Assembly (NCBI GenBank): GCA_965217115.1
Contig: OZ244239.1
Location: 1,824,001 to 1,888,000, forward strand
Direction: 5' to 3'
Source of the DNA: Bdellovibrionales bacterium
GTDB lineage: Bacteria > Bdellovibrionota > Bdellovibrionia > Bdellovibrionales > CAYMLA01
DNA: 64,000 nt
Shown here: in pieces, positions 53,764-63,820 of the stretch
How the letters are laid out: each line of letters begins with the position of its first letter
Numbering within the stretch: position 1 is the stretch's first letter
Position numbers and translations under genes: made by a program
The notes under the pieces: generated by a model
The model's input: the letters and a program-made list of their open reading frames with translations, nothing else
What the model was told of the DNA's origin: nothing
The model's database searches: none

Positions 53764-54148
53764 CCTTTACTACCTCGCTCATCGAACTTTCTCCCCTTAA
53801 TTAATTAAATAAAACTTATGCGAATATTCAAACACTGATTGTCTTTTTTGACAAACTATTGCTAAGATAAAAAAATCATTCTCTTGACTAGACGAATTTT
53901 TTAGTGCCAAGACATAAGTTCCCCTCAGATTGCAAGTAACTGAAGTCTTGGCTGCAAAATTTTTGGTATTGGATGTCTTACTCCGAGGCTTGAGTGAGGT
54001 CTAGCGGTGTTATAGTGAACTCCTCAACGTTCAATTAATTTTGTTATCTGAGCGTCTGTGCTTTGGTGTTTCTCTCTCTAAGAAAAAACCTGTTAAGACC
54101 AAAAAATCAAAAAAAACCAAAGAAAAACATAGAGGATTTGGGGTGGGG

Positions 54149-55750
54149 TTATTTTTTGGTGAGGTGGTGGGTGAGGGCTTTTCGGTTGATGCGCCAGTTG
54201 TGGCGGGGGTCTAGGGGGAGGTGGGGGAGTTCTTGTATTTGTAGGTTGGGGAGGTTGAAGGGGAGGTTGTTGGGGTTGAGATTGAGATTGAGATTTTTGG
54301 AGTTGGGGGAATTGGTAGAGGGGTTTTCGATGGTGAGGAGGGGGGTGTTTGTTTGGGGGTGCATGATGAGGGCGACGCGGGTGGGGGGGGATTGGTTTTC
54401 GACTTGGTGTTCAAAGGGGAAGGTTGGGTGGAGGGTGCCGTCGATGTTGATTTGATCTTTGATTCTGCCGACGAGCCAGAGGCGGTCTCTTTGGTCAAAG
54501 AAACCTAAGTCGCCTGTGCGATGCCAGGTTTTGCCTTGGAGATCTTTGGGTTTGGTCTGTCGTGTGGCTTCTGGGTTGGCGATGTAATTTTTTATGACGT
54601 GGGGGCCGCTTAAGAGAATCTCTCCCGTCTGTCCCTGGGGGAGGGGGGTTTCTAGTAATTTGTCTTCGGGGGAGAATAGTTTTATTTTAATTCCCTCAAT
54701 GGGTTTTCCGACGAGGTATCCATGGTCTTTTTCTCCAAGAAATTCTTTTATATTTATTCCCGATATGGGTTCGGCCTCTGTTGAGCCGTAGACAATGTAG
54801 TTTTCTGATTGTTGAAATAGATTTTGAATCCTACAGGCTAACCACTGGGGGACGGCTGCTCCACCAGTGACTGAGCTTTGGAAACTTTTCGGAATACAAT
54901 CAGGAGTGATCTGATTGTTAGTGAGATTATTAAAAACAGCAGGGGAGGCTGACATGCGTGTGACTTGCCAACGGTTGAGCTGTTGAACAAGTTTTTGCGG
55001 ACAGGCCTGGGAGGGATAACGCAAATCCATATCGGGGAGAACCGTGGTGATTCCCCAATTGAGATTCATAAGGACGACGAGGGGAAAACCACAGAGGTCC
55101 ACTTCACTGTCATTTTTAGGCCAGCTTCTATGACTGAAAAATCTTTGGTGGGCAATGATCTGATGTTGCCGATCGGCTCCCTTGGGACGACCTGTTGTGC
55201 CTGTTGTGAAGGAGATAAGGGAGGTGTCCCCAGGGGAGATCGAAACCGTGGGTCTCAATAGATCGGCGGTCTCTCTGTCATTGGAGTTATGAATTAAATC
55301 CTGCCAATTTTTTAGAAACAACCCACTGCCGTCGGTGGAGAAAAGTTTTTTATTCCACAGGGCGGGGAGGTAGAAACGATGGCGCAATAATGTCTCTGTG
55401 CTGATAAGCGCCTTTGCTTTTGATAACCTGATGGAGTGTATTAATTGGGTTGGGGAGAGGGTGGTATCGATGAACACGGGAACAATCCCATTGGAAAAGA
55501 GAGCTGCTAAAAAAGCGTAGAAACTCACCGAGACAGGCATAATGACAAGAAAACGATCCCCGGGCTGCAAGTGGTGGTGATCCAACCCCCGACGGAAACC
55601 CTGGACAAGGCTCGCAAACTCGCCATAGGTCCAGACACGCTCTTCTCCCCCTGTCTTTGGTTCGATAAGAGCGACTTTATCGGGGTGTGCCTTTGCATTT
55701 GCAAAAAAATCATCGGCGAGGTTTAGGGGGATTGAAAATTCATGGGACAT
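54149..55750 (-). CDS. AMP-dependent acyl-activating enzyme (ANL family, OleC-like)
   Basis: P-loop 'FTTGTTGRPKG', 'YGSTEAEP', 'HRTGD' and 'GR'. Confidence 0.88.
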   Translation of the reverse strand: MSHEFSIPLNLADDFFANAKAHPDKVALIEPKTGGEERVWTYGEFASLVQGFRRGLDHHHLQPGDRFLVIMPVSVSFYAFLAALFSNGIVPVFIDTTLSPTQLIHSIRLSKAKALISTETLLRHRFYLPALWNKKLFSTDGSGLFLKNWQDLIHNSNDRETADLLRPTVSISPGDTSLISFTTGTTGRPKGADRQHQIIAHQRFFSHRSWPKNDSEVDLCGFPLVVLMNLNWGITTVLPDMDLRYPSQACPQKLVQQLNRWQVTRMSASPAVFNNLTNNQITPDCIPKSFQSSVTGGAAVPQWLACRIQNLFQQSENYIVYGSTEAEPISGINIKEFLGEKDHGYLVGKPIEGIKIKLFSPEDKLLETPLPQGQTGEILLSGPHVIKNYIANPEATRQTKPKDLQGKTWHRTGDLGFFDQRDRLWLVGRIKDQINIDGTLHPTFPFEHQVENQSPPTRVALIMHPQTNTPLLTIENPSTNSPNSKNLNLNLNPNNLPFNLPNLQIQELPHLPLDPRHNWRINRKALTHHLTKK

Positions 55751-55900
55751 GTTTTCATCCTACGAAAGGCAGTCATTTTTTGCTAGAAAATAAGCGGTTT
55801 TTGATAGATTATGAGTGATTTAAGATGAAGTCCTCGCCGGACTTATGAACTCCTTGGGAATTCATAGCAGATTGAACGGAAAATAAAAAAGGATGTTTTA

Positions 55901-56800
55901 ATGGGATCTATGATGGGTGGTTTTTTAGAGTGGTTTAAAGAACGTTTTCCACTGGCAGCTGTGTTCTCTGCTTTTCTGATTTACACATTGGTGGCCTCGC
56001 TGTCCAAGTCTATAGATCAAGTGCTGACTTTGCGGGATGTCATCTCTGCAGTAGCCGTGACCTGTCTTTTTCTCTTACTGAGAATATTAGATGAGCACAA
56101 GGACGATGCCTATGATCAGAGAGTTCATCCTGAACGGGTTTTACAGAGAGGGCTCATAAAACTCTCTGATCTAAGGAAGATGGGATATTTTTCGCTCTTG
56201 TTTATGTTAGCTGTCTCTTGGAACACAGGTCTACCGTCTCTATTGTCTTTGCTTATAATGTTGGTATGGGTGTGGTTGATGTATAAAGAATTTTTTGTTG
56301 AAGATTGGTTAAAAGAACATCTTTTGATTTACGGAATAAGTCATTCTCTGGTTTTATTTTTTTTGAGTTTATGGATTGTGACGTTGTCTGTGCCAGTAGT
56401 GATTTTGAATAATCAATTATTTGCGCTGATGGTCTTTATTTTCCTCTTTGCAATGGGCTATGAACTGACCCGCAAAGCGAAGGGGAGGGATGAAGTGAAG
56501 GCGGGGGAGCAGAGTTATACAGAAGTCATGTCCCCTTCAACAGTGGCGGTGATGATTTTCAGTGTCGCCCTCACGGCTCTGATGTTACATATTTATTTAA
56601 TGCTCGGTCTACAAGGGGAGTACCCTCTCTACGCTTGGGTGATGTCAGGAGCTAACGGAGTGTTTTTATTATTCTCTCTTTTCAAGTACATTCAAAAGAC
56701 GGATTGCAAATCCCGAAAGCTCAATGAGATAGCCATGGCCTCGTTGACTTTTTGGAGTTACGCGACTTTGATTTTTGCAACACATGGTTTGACGCTATAG
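55901..56800 (+). CDS. UbiA-like prenyltransferase family membrane protein
   Basis: About 8 TMs, Asp-rich 'RILDEHKDDAYD...PERVLQRG' and a second 'YELTRK...SYT' motif. Confidence 0.75.
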   Translation: MGSMMGGFLEWFKERFPLAAVFSAFLIYTLVASLSKSIDQVLTLRDVISAVAVTCLFLLLRILDEHKDDAYDQRVHPERVLQRGLIKLSDLRKMGYFSLLFMLAVSWNTGLPSLLSLLIMLVWVWLMYKEFFVEDWLKEHLLIYGISHSLVLFFLSLWIVTLSVPVVILNNQLFALMVFIFLFAMGYELTRKAKGRDEVKAGEQSYTEVMSPSTVAVMIFSVALTALMLHIYLMLGLQGEYPLYAWVMSGANGVFLLFSLFKYIQKTDCKSRKLNEIAMASLTFWSYATLIFATHGLTL

Positions 56801-57862
56801 ATGACTTTGATTGAAAGATCACTCTCTCTACTTAAAGTCTTTATCCCTGAGATCCCTGTCTCAGAGGATTTTGTGTCGTTTCGTCATCGGCTTGCTGAGA
56901 GAGAATCTGGCCTCAATAGGGAAGATCAAGACATAACGAGGTTTGTCTTTTCACGGGAAAACCTTATGCGCTGGAGAGTAGAGGTTTTTTGGAGTTGTGA
57001 GAGAGATAAAATACGTCTGGCTGGGTTTGTTCATAAAGGTCTGAAGATAGATGGTTTGCGGGTGGCGTTCTTTGGTTTTTGGGACACCGTGGATGACACT
57101 GAAGTCAACCGTCTCAAATTCGCTGAGTTTGAGAGCTGGGCAAAGTCCTGTAAAGCTCAGGTGATCTATGGTCCGATTAATTTTTCGACAGCCTTTGAGT
57201 ATCGTTTGCAGACGGACTCTTTTGAGAAACCTGTTTTCTGGGGTGAGCCTAAGAACCCCAAGTACTACAATCAGATTTTATCAGATCTCGGTTATGGGCC
57301 GGGGGAGAGTTATGTCTCTTATTTTTGTAAGGACATTGGCGAACTGAGGGAGGAGATCAAAAAAAACGTAGCCCCTTTTATGGGTTCTTTAAGGGAAAAG
57401 TATGGAATTGTGCCCATTGAAAAATCCTCTTGGGAAGAGAGGAAGAATGAGATTTTCAAATTGACTGAAAATATTTTCATGGAAAACTTTGCTTACACCC
57501 GTTTTAGTAAAACAGTGTTCAAGTCTTTTTATGGGCAGAGATTTTTAAATCTAATTTGTCCTAGAACGTCTCTCTTCCTACAAGATAAAAGCACGGGAGA
57601 GTTAGTCGGAATGGCGGTTAATTTTAATGACGGAAACCTCTCATCAGGACGGACGTTGTTATTGAAAACGATCGGAGTTGAAAAAAAACATCGACACATG
57701 GGAGCGACATTCCTACTTATTCTTGATGAGGTTTTAAAACGGGCAACGGATTATGAATCTGCGATGTTTTGTCTGATGAAGGAGGGGAATTTCCCAAGTT
57801 TAATCTCAGAAGAGATGGTGATTCAAAAGAGACAGTACGCTCTTTTTAAAAAAGTTCTCTAG
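56801..57862 (+). CDS. Tandem GNAT-fold (YghO-like) putative acyltransferase
   Basis: 'AFFGFWD...IYGPINFST...Y', 'NPKYY...GY' and 'IGVEKKHR' patterns. Confidence 0.6.
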   Translation: MTLIERSLSLLKVFIPEIPVSEDFVSFRHRLAERESGLNREDQDITRFVFSRENLMRWRVEVFWSCERDKIRLAGFVHKGLKIDGLRVAFFGFWDTVDDTEVNRLKFAEFESWAKSCKAQVIYGPINFSTAFEYRLQTDSFEKPVFWGEPKNPKYYNQILSDLGYGPGESYVSYFCKDIGELREEIKKNVAPFMGSLREKYGIVPIEKSSWEERKNEIFKLTENIFMENFAYTRFSKTVFKSFYGQRFLNLICPRTSLFLQDKSTGELVGMAVNFNDGNLSSGRTLLLKTIGVEKKHRHMGATFLLILDEVLKRATDYESAMFCLMKEGNFPSLISEEMVIQKRQYALFKKVL

Positions 57863-57910
57863 ATGCTGGAAAAATTGAGAGTCGGTTCTTCTAGAGAGCC
57901 CAATCTCTTG

Positions 57911-60148
57911 TTAGAGAGAGTTTTTAGTTTTGAGTAACCCCTTTAAGAGCCATATATCTCCGAAGGCAGAGAGAAAAACACCTAACATCATGAGTAAACC
58001 CAGAGTTCTCATGGGGTCAAAATAACCAAAGAAGAAAACACCTGTCGCCAAAACAGTCCCGCAAGTCACAAGGAGGGAGGCCGTCCCTATTTTATTAACA
58101 CTGTGGTTGAGAGTGGTGTTTTTTTTGAAGAAGAGTAAAAATTGAATGGCATTATCTCCAGTTAACCCAACTAGGATGGATGCAACCATGCTTAGAATGT
58201 AATAAATAGGGATATTAAAAAAATAAAAGACACACAGAAGAGCGGCAGGGCCCCACATAGCTGAAATAAATAGGGGAAAGAAGCTACTTTTATTAAATGC
58301 TAAACACAGGAAGAGAAGGACCAGGGAGACCAAAACAAGGCTTCCCCCTAAGCTCTTATAGAGGGAGCTTAAAACCCGTTCTCCCAGTTCTCCGTAGGAG
58401 ACAACACTGCCCGCAAGCCAACATTTTTGATTGGGACAGAGGTCGGCGATTTTTTTTCTCATGGGATTGATATTGGAGATATCCAGATCACGCAGGTAGA
58501 GCAAAGAGCGAGAGACACCTCGATCATCAGGGCCGAGGCGATGGCCGAGTGTGTTGTCTTTTATGAGTTCAGTAAAATAAGCTCCCATGCTGGGACTGAG
58601 ATCATTTGTGAGGTAGCTGTTAATAGTGTAGGGGTCTTCAATTTGACTGACAAGGGGCCACGTCTCAACTGTTTTAAGAACTGATTGATTGAACTCTTTG
58701 TTTTCGTGGTCGCTAAACACGAGGCTTGCAGTTCCCTGCCAACCCCTGGTTTTTTTAATCTCTCTGGCTGCTTGCCGCGCGGGATGGTCGGAGCGGAATA
58801 AGCGGATGGGGGAGTCAGAGACGTAGAGTTTTTGTGTTGCCCATAAACCTATGGGAAAAGCCAACAGAGCTAGCCAAGTGACAAGCCTCGGAGCTTTGCG
58901 GTGGTTGAGGTTGAAAAACTTAAAGTGCACAGCTTTTTCAGGTCGTGTCCACTTTTGCAGTCTGGGAATTGCCTTCAGTAATGCGGGTAGAGCAACAAGC
59001 ATAAAAACCCATTCTAATGCCGCCGAAGCTGCTGCCCATAATCCAAAACGCCGTATCATATCAAGATCAGCAAAAGCAAGGGAGCCAAAGCCAATAACAG
59101 TGGTCAGGGAGGTGAAAAAACTGGGGAGAATTAATCTTCTAAACCCCTTGCGCCAGCCGTATTTCTGGGAAAAATACGATAGAAATATAAAGTCCTCTAG
59201 AGAGGAGATAAAAATCATAAGGGATAGAGAGCTAGAGAGAACATCGATGGGGTGATTAGCCAGAGCCATGCCTGCATAGATGGGCAGAGTGATACAAGTG
59301 ACAACAGATAAAAACAAGCCACCACTTAGGAGAGTGCCTAGAAATAAACGGAGAAAAATAATTAAGAGAAAGCCCATGAGCATATTCAGTCCAGGCATCG
59401 TTTCGTAGCCTTTATGGAGGTGGTATTGGAAAATACCATCACCGATCCAGATGGCTTTGAGATGGGGGTGTTTTTGTAGAACAATTTCCTGGAAACTTTT
59501 TTGCAGTTCTTCAACAAGGAGAGGGTTGAAAGTTCCAAGAATGGAGGCTTGCTTCCTAGCATCTGGATAGATGAGAATGGCAAGGTCTGTGCCCTTTTGA
59601 GAAGTGAGTGTTCCTCTCCAAGGAGATTTAGTGATTTGAGCCATTCCAGCAGTGATGACTTCAGATTCAGGCAGGGTGTTCGTGCAATCAATATTGAGCA
59701 TGGGGAGTGTGCGGAATTTTGCATGGGTCTCTGTGGGCCAGCTTAGTCCGAGGGTGGAGACAATGGCATTGAGGTCTGATCGAGTATCAGCTTGTTTTTG
59801 TATCCAATGGAGGAGGCCACACATTTCACTTTTATTGGGGATGAGTCCATCTTTGCGGCTTATGATAATACCTATTTCATCTTGGGAGAGAAAGCGATCT
59901 TTAAGCTCATTTAATTGTTCGTATGTGTGGAAATCAGGGTCAATCAAATCATCGATACTGATGAGCATTTTTAAACTCTTTAGAGGGACAAAAGATGAGA
60001 GCAAGAAGAGACTTAAAAAGATCAGAGTTGTCTTTGGTTTTTTTATGGAAAATCGATGGATCTTAAGCAGGGTAAGATGAAGTCGACGAACTAGACCTAA
60101 AGCTAGGTTTCTCTCTAATATGGGGGGCGATACACGTTTCATTTGCAT
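57911..60148 (-). CDS. MMPL/RND-family lipid exporter
   Basis: Two repeats of a periplasmic domain plus TM bundle. 'TSLTTVIGFGSL' and 'GLTGDNAIQF'. Confidence 0.8.
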   Translation of the reverse strand: MQMKRVSPPILERNLALGLVRRLHLTLLKIHRFSIKKPKTTLIFLSLFLLSSFVPLKSLKMLISIDDLIDPDFHTYEQLNELKDRFLSQDEIGIIISRKDGLIPNKSEMCGLLHWIQKQADTRSDLNAIVSTLGLSWPTETHAKFRTLPMLNIDCTNTLPESEVITAGMAQITKSPWRGTLTSQKGTDLAILIYPDARKQASILGTFNPLLVEELQKSFQEIVLQKHPHLKAIWIGDGIFQYHLHKGYETMPGLNMLMGFLLIIFLRLFLGTLLSGGLFLSVVTCITLPIYAGMALANHPIDVLSSSLSLMIFISSLEDFIFLSYFSQKYGWRKGFRRLILPSFFTSLTTVIGFGSLAFADLDMIRRFGLWAAASAALEWVFMLVALPALLKAIPRLQKWTRPEKAVHFKFFNLNHRKAPRLVTWLALLAFPIGLWATQKLYVSDSPIRLFRSDHPARQAAREIKKTRGWQGTASLVFSDHENKEFNQSVLKTVETWPLVSQIEDPYTINSYLTNDLSPSMGAYFTELIKDNTLGHRLGPDDRGVSRSLLYLRDLDISNINPMRKKIADLCPNQKCWLAGSVVSYGELGERVLSSLYKSLGGSLVLVSLVLLFLCLAFNKSSFFPLFISAMWGPAALLCVFYFFNIPIYYILSMVASILVGLTGDNAIQFLLFFKKNTTLNHSVNKIGTASLLVTCGTVLATGVFFFGYFDPMRTLGLLMMLGVFLSAFGDIWLLKGLLKTKNSL

Positions 60149-60232
60149 ATGAGAATATGTGGGCTTGTAAAAGAGTGCAATTGAAATATTCTTTTGGAGT
60201 TTGTTTCTATTAATAATTAAGGAGAATCTAGC

Positions 60233-61834
60233 ATGAAAAGAATGGGAATCTTTATCTGGCTCTGTGTGATGTTGTCTTCATCAATGGGGTTTTCAAAGAA
60301 AATGATTATCTACAAAACGCGACCTCTGACTTTGAAAAATGACACCCTCTCATCAGAGGATTTTAAGGAAAAACTAGAGGGGATTCAAAAATTAAAGCGA
60401 CGAAAGATCGCTGCAACGGACACCTTTGACGAGAGTACAGCCTTGTCTGTCTCCTTTAGAAATATCCGGAACCATTTAATTGGTGGGGAGGTTATTTTTG
60501 ATAATGGAAAGAGAGAAACTGTGCCAGGAGCTAAATCGGCTGCCGATATCAATGGACTCCTTTTGAGTTTAGAGAATAATCTTCAAAAGGGTAAATATGA
60601 TCAGCACCCAGATGCAAGACTCTTAGCAGCACAGCTTCTTATGCTAAGGCCTCTAAGGGGATTTATTGCAAGGTCCAAGGGTATTTTTAGTACAAAAGAT
60701 GGTAATGCTCGTACAGCACGTGGCTTAGCGATCACTCTATTAAGATTAACAGCGGCGGGGATTGATACTTATTTACCGACAGAGCAGTGGTCTGCTGCTT
60801 TTGATTATGTGACTCAACCCTTTTACAGAAAAAAGCGATCTGAAAGGTTATGTCAAAAAAAATGGCATGACCAATGTGACATGACAGATGGCCCAGCTTT
60901 ACAGGCATTTTTGATAAATGAAATCTTCCCTAGATTAGAAAATATTAAAGGCGTTCTTGCTGAATTAACGAGTGAGAAATATGAGAAGAGAGTGATCTAT
61001 TGGGACAATAAACTTCTCTTTGGAAGTGCCAATTTTGTATCCCACAAAGATCGTTATTTACGCTTAGGTCAGGCAGAGCGTCTATTGATGTTGTCCGCAA
61101 CCCAAGCAACTCAAAGCTCGATCTTGGGTATGAATGCCTATCATATAAATGGGTTCTTTGAAACTTTTGATACCATAGGTAAGAAATACGGGATAGGAAG
61201 TGTCTTTCAATCTCAATCGGCAACGGCCCAGGGAAGATTTGAAGCATTTAAAAAACCAGCGGATCTCTTCCGCTTTAAGACAGAAAAACTCACTTTATCT
61301 AAATCTTATATGAAAGCGAGTTATGACAGACTTAAAGCATCCATGCAGAATGCCTATTTGGCTTGGCAGATATTGGATGCTGGAGAAAGTAGCCGAAGGT
61401 TACAGAATAATCTTATTGATCCCCGTTTGGTTGTGCCTTTTCGAAGGGTTATGAACAATGCTTGGCCAAATGCATTGGCTTCAGTGGGAATGAATTTAGA
61501 TTTTGAAGAAGTGGAAAAAGGGGAAGTGGTTAGTTCTGTCGTTAATGGAGAGAAGGTCGTGGTGAGTTTAAAGAAATTTTTTGATGACCCCCCAAAATCA
61601 TTAAAAGTTTTTATGCCAACAGGGTTTATACAGGGAGATGAATTTTTGCATAATAACTTTGGTAAGTATCGAAATTATAGAAGAGGCAATCCTAAGCAAT
61701 GGAATGTAGATACCTATGGAAAATACTTTGAGGGAGTGAGAAGCTCTCAGGATGTTAAGCGAATAGCTCGGGTTCTCTCTCAATCTTGGGGTGGTTTCCT
61801 ATTGGGCTTACCGTTAGGCGTTGTTATGATGTAA
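60233..61834 (+). CDS. Hypothetical secreted protein
   Basis: 533-aa ORF with AGGAG SD and signal peptide. No family recognised. Confidence 0.7.
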   Translation: MKRMGIFIWLCVMLSSSMGFSKKMIIYKTRPLTLKNDTLSSEDFKEKLEGIQKLKRRKIAATDTFDESTALSVSFRNIRNHLIGGEVIFDNGKRETVPGAKSAADINGLLLSLENNLQKGKYDQHPDARLLAAQLLMLRPLRGFIARSKGIFSTKDGNARTARGLAITLLRLTAAGIDTYLPTEQWSAAFDYVTQPFYRKKRSERLCQKKWHDQCDMTDGPALQAFLINEIFPRLENIKGVLAELTSEKYEKRVIYWDNKLLFGSANFVSHKDRYLRLGQAERLLMLSATQATQSSILGMNAYHINGFFETFDTIGKKYGIGSVFQSQSATAQGRFEAFKKPADLFRFKTEKLTLSKSYMKASYDRLKASMQNAYLAWQILDAGESSRRLQNNLIDPRLVVPFRRVMNNAWPNALASVGMNLDFEEVEKGEVVSSVVNGEKVVVSLKKFFDDPPKSLKVFMPTGFIQGDEFLHNNFGKYRNYRRGNPKQWNVDTYGKYFEGVRSSQDVKRIARVLSQSWGGFLLGLPLGVVMM

Positions 61835-61837
61835 TAT

Positions 61838-62950
61838 TTATTTTTCTAAGACAGTGAAGTTAGAATAGAGCCAAAGTCGATCTTGTTGAGAGAGACTTTG
61901 GCTTTTTCCATTGTTTTTCTTCCATGATTCTCCAGAGTATTCCCGTGGAACAAGAAGAGACCAATAGGCTAATTGACTGTTGGGATGAGATTTCTGTGCG
62001 AGGGATGAGAAGGTTTTTTGGCAGTGTTCTTCCGACATGTACTCGAAGATGTCGGAGAGGTTAAAAAAATCAAAAGCCGGAGTGCCTTCATCAGATAAAT
62101 AGCTTTCCAGATCTGCTTTAAGTGGTTGAAGATTTTGAATTTTACCTTTTATGACCCCATAGGTTTCAGGATTTCTCTCGGGTATATCAAACTGATTAAG
62201 CAAGAAATCTCCTGTGATAAAGTGATAGAGAAAGGGGTTTTGACTAATGAGTTGAGTTTCAATAAGTTTTTCAAATTTCTGCACAAATTTTTGACCAATG
62301 TTTATTTTTTGAACATAAGCAAATTGGGCTGAGTCCCTGGCGACGCCCTCCATTGCCGCTTGACTGAAGAATTCCGCTGCAGAGGTTCGCACTGTTTCAA
62401 TGTGTGAATGCTGCCAGAGATTTATTTGCTCTTCTAAACGTGTGGTGTGACACATTTTTTGGAGATTCTCAGAAGTCCAGAGCTTGTTGAAAACACCCTG
62501 TCTAAATTTTTGAAAATAACTTTCGAGACGACCGTTGTGGGCGATGCCGTTCATAAGAATGTCTCTGTTTTGCCCCCAAAAATCACGGGAGTCACTGTTT
62601 AACGATGCTTGTAGGCCCTGGTAAAGAGTTTGTCTGCGTGAGCTGTGTTGGTAGCCCATGAGTTCACAGTGTTCACTGAAGCTGTGACTTTCAATGGAGG
62701 CTTTCTTGAGTTCAACAAGAGAGATTTGTGCGGGGCTGAGGTCAATAGCGACGACTTTATCAAAGTGAGTGAGCAAGGCTAAGGCGTTATCTCCCGAGCT
62801 AGCGATGGAGAGTGCAATGGACGGTGTTGGAGATTTTTCTTTTTTGGATTGAAGAGAGTTTGACGTGTTCAAGAGAAGTCGTGGGTCCTCCCAAACTAAG
62901 GAGTAACGAATATGATCAAAGGTCATTTTATTTTTTAAATTTGATTCCAT
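61838..62950 (-). CDS. DUF3419 / BtaA-like SAM-dependent transferase
   Basis: 'RYSLVWED', 'SIASSGDNAL', 'AIDLSPAQ...ELK', 'LSDIFEYM' and 'DR...Y'. Confidence 0.85.
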   Translation of the reverse strand: MESNLKNKMTFDHIRYSLVWEDPRLLLNTSNSLQSKKEKSPTPSIALSIASSGDNALALLTHFDKVVAIDLSPAQISLVELKKASIESHSFSEHCELMGYQHSSRRQTLYQGLQASLNSDSRDFWGQNRDILMNGIAHNGRLESYFQKFRQGVFNKLWTSENLQKMCHTTRLEEQINLWQHSHIETVRTSAAEFFSQAAMEGVARDSAQFAYVQKINIGQKFVQKFEKLIETQLISQNPFLYHFITGDFLLNQFDIPERNPETYGVIKGKIQNLQPLKADLESYLSDEGTPAFDFFNLSDIFEYMSEEHCQKTFSSLAQKSHPNSQLAYWSLLVPREYSGESWKKNNGKSQSLSQQDRLWLYSNFTVLEK

Positions 62951-62995
62951 AAAATCGGCCTAGGTTTTAAGTGAAGAAGTTCTAATAGTCAGATT

Positions 62996-63715
62996 CTAAT
63001 AGTCAGATAAGAATGAAGGGCAATAAAAGTTTTCCACATTGCAATATTTCCTGTAGGGGTGAACAGGGTGATTAGAAACCCCTTTCTCTATGATGTGTTT
63101 GATGTTTTCCAGGTTTTTTTTAAAAATTTCACGGGTGTTCTCTTTGGCCAACAGTGTAAAGGATCTCTCCCAAAAGTAATAGGTCAGCCTGGCGAGATGA
63201 TCAGAGGGGTTTTTACTTTGGTTCACACTGAGATCTTTGTATTTAACAGGTGTTGCACGAAACGTGACCATTGTTTTTTTGGGGGAGAGGTATTTGTATT
63301 CCCGTTCGACTTTAATTTCCCAGGATTTCTGGTATCCATCTCCAAGGTATCCATGGAAATTAGAGGCTCGAATGTGTTTGTAATAGAGGTCTTTTTCTTT
63401 TCTTACAGAAATGATCTCTTCATCCCAAAATATGCCAGTTTCATCGGCATTGCGAAAGCCTCTACTTGTATAACCAATATCAACAGCTGACTTTCCTTCG
63501 TTTTGCGGGCAATCAGTCACAGGACATTTTACAATTTTAGAAAAAAACACGGACCAAGAGGCTGCATTTTCGTTGTTACCAATGAAATTCCAAACATCGT
63601 CAATGGAGCTGTTAATGACAATCGAAGCTTCAGCAACCTCTGCGTTATGGCAAAATGCCGGAAATGGAGTTATGGCAATGAGATTAAAGAGAGAAATAAA
63701 TAAGAGAGATTTCAT
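62996..63715 (-). CDS. Secreted SRPBCC/START-fold ligand-binding protein
   Basis: Signal peptide, 'ASIVINSSIDDVWNFI...WS' N-terminus and a C-terminal helix 'LENIKHIIE'. Start at ATG 63715 behind GGAG. Confidence 0.7.
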   Translation of the reverse strand: MKSLLFISLFNLIAITPFPAFCHNAEVAEASIVINSSIDDVWNFIGNNENAASWSVFFSKIVKCPVTDCPQNEGKSAVDIGYTSRGFRNADETGIFWDEEIISVRKEKDLYYKHIRASNFHGYLGDGYQKSWEIKVEREYKYLSPKKTMVTFRATPVKYKDLSVNQSKNPSDHLARLTYYFWERSFTLLAKENTREIFKKNLENIKHIIEKGVSNHPVHPYRKYCNVENFYCPSFLSDY

Positions 63716-63820
63716 AAATAACACTCCAAAATGGGGTCTGGCTCTATCTCCCCAGGAGATCGATGGCTCATCACTTTATGGCCGTTGGTAAAACCAGCCT
63801 TTTAGAATATATCCTCTGTG

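Larger units (their letters stand above)
43360..53850 (-). other. AT-rich anti-phage defence island (retron + SNF2/type III R-M)
   Basis: Abrupt switch to minus-strand, visibly more AT-rich genes after rpsG. All recognisable genes are defence-type. No integrase or att repeat seen; boundaries approximate. Confidence 0.75.

Noticed and set aside
53880..54140. att site or ncRNA at the right island edge (GCCAAGAC/GTCTTGGC inverted repeat)
   Set aside because: No direct repeat of the rpsG end or left border was found, and the short inverted repeat alone is insufficient.
54063..54498. ORFs 54063..54455 (+) and 54211..54498 (-)
   Set aside because: Low-complexity artefacts of the G-rich skew overlapping the ligase gene.
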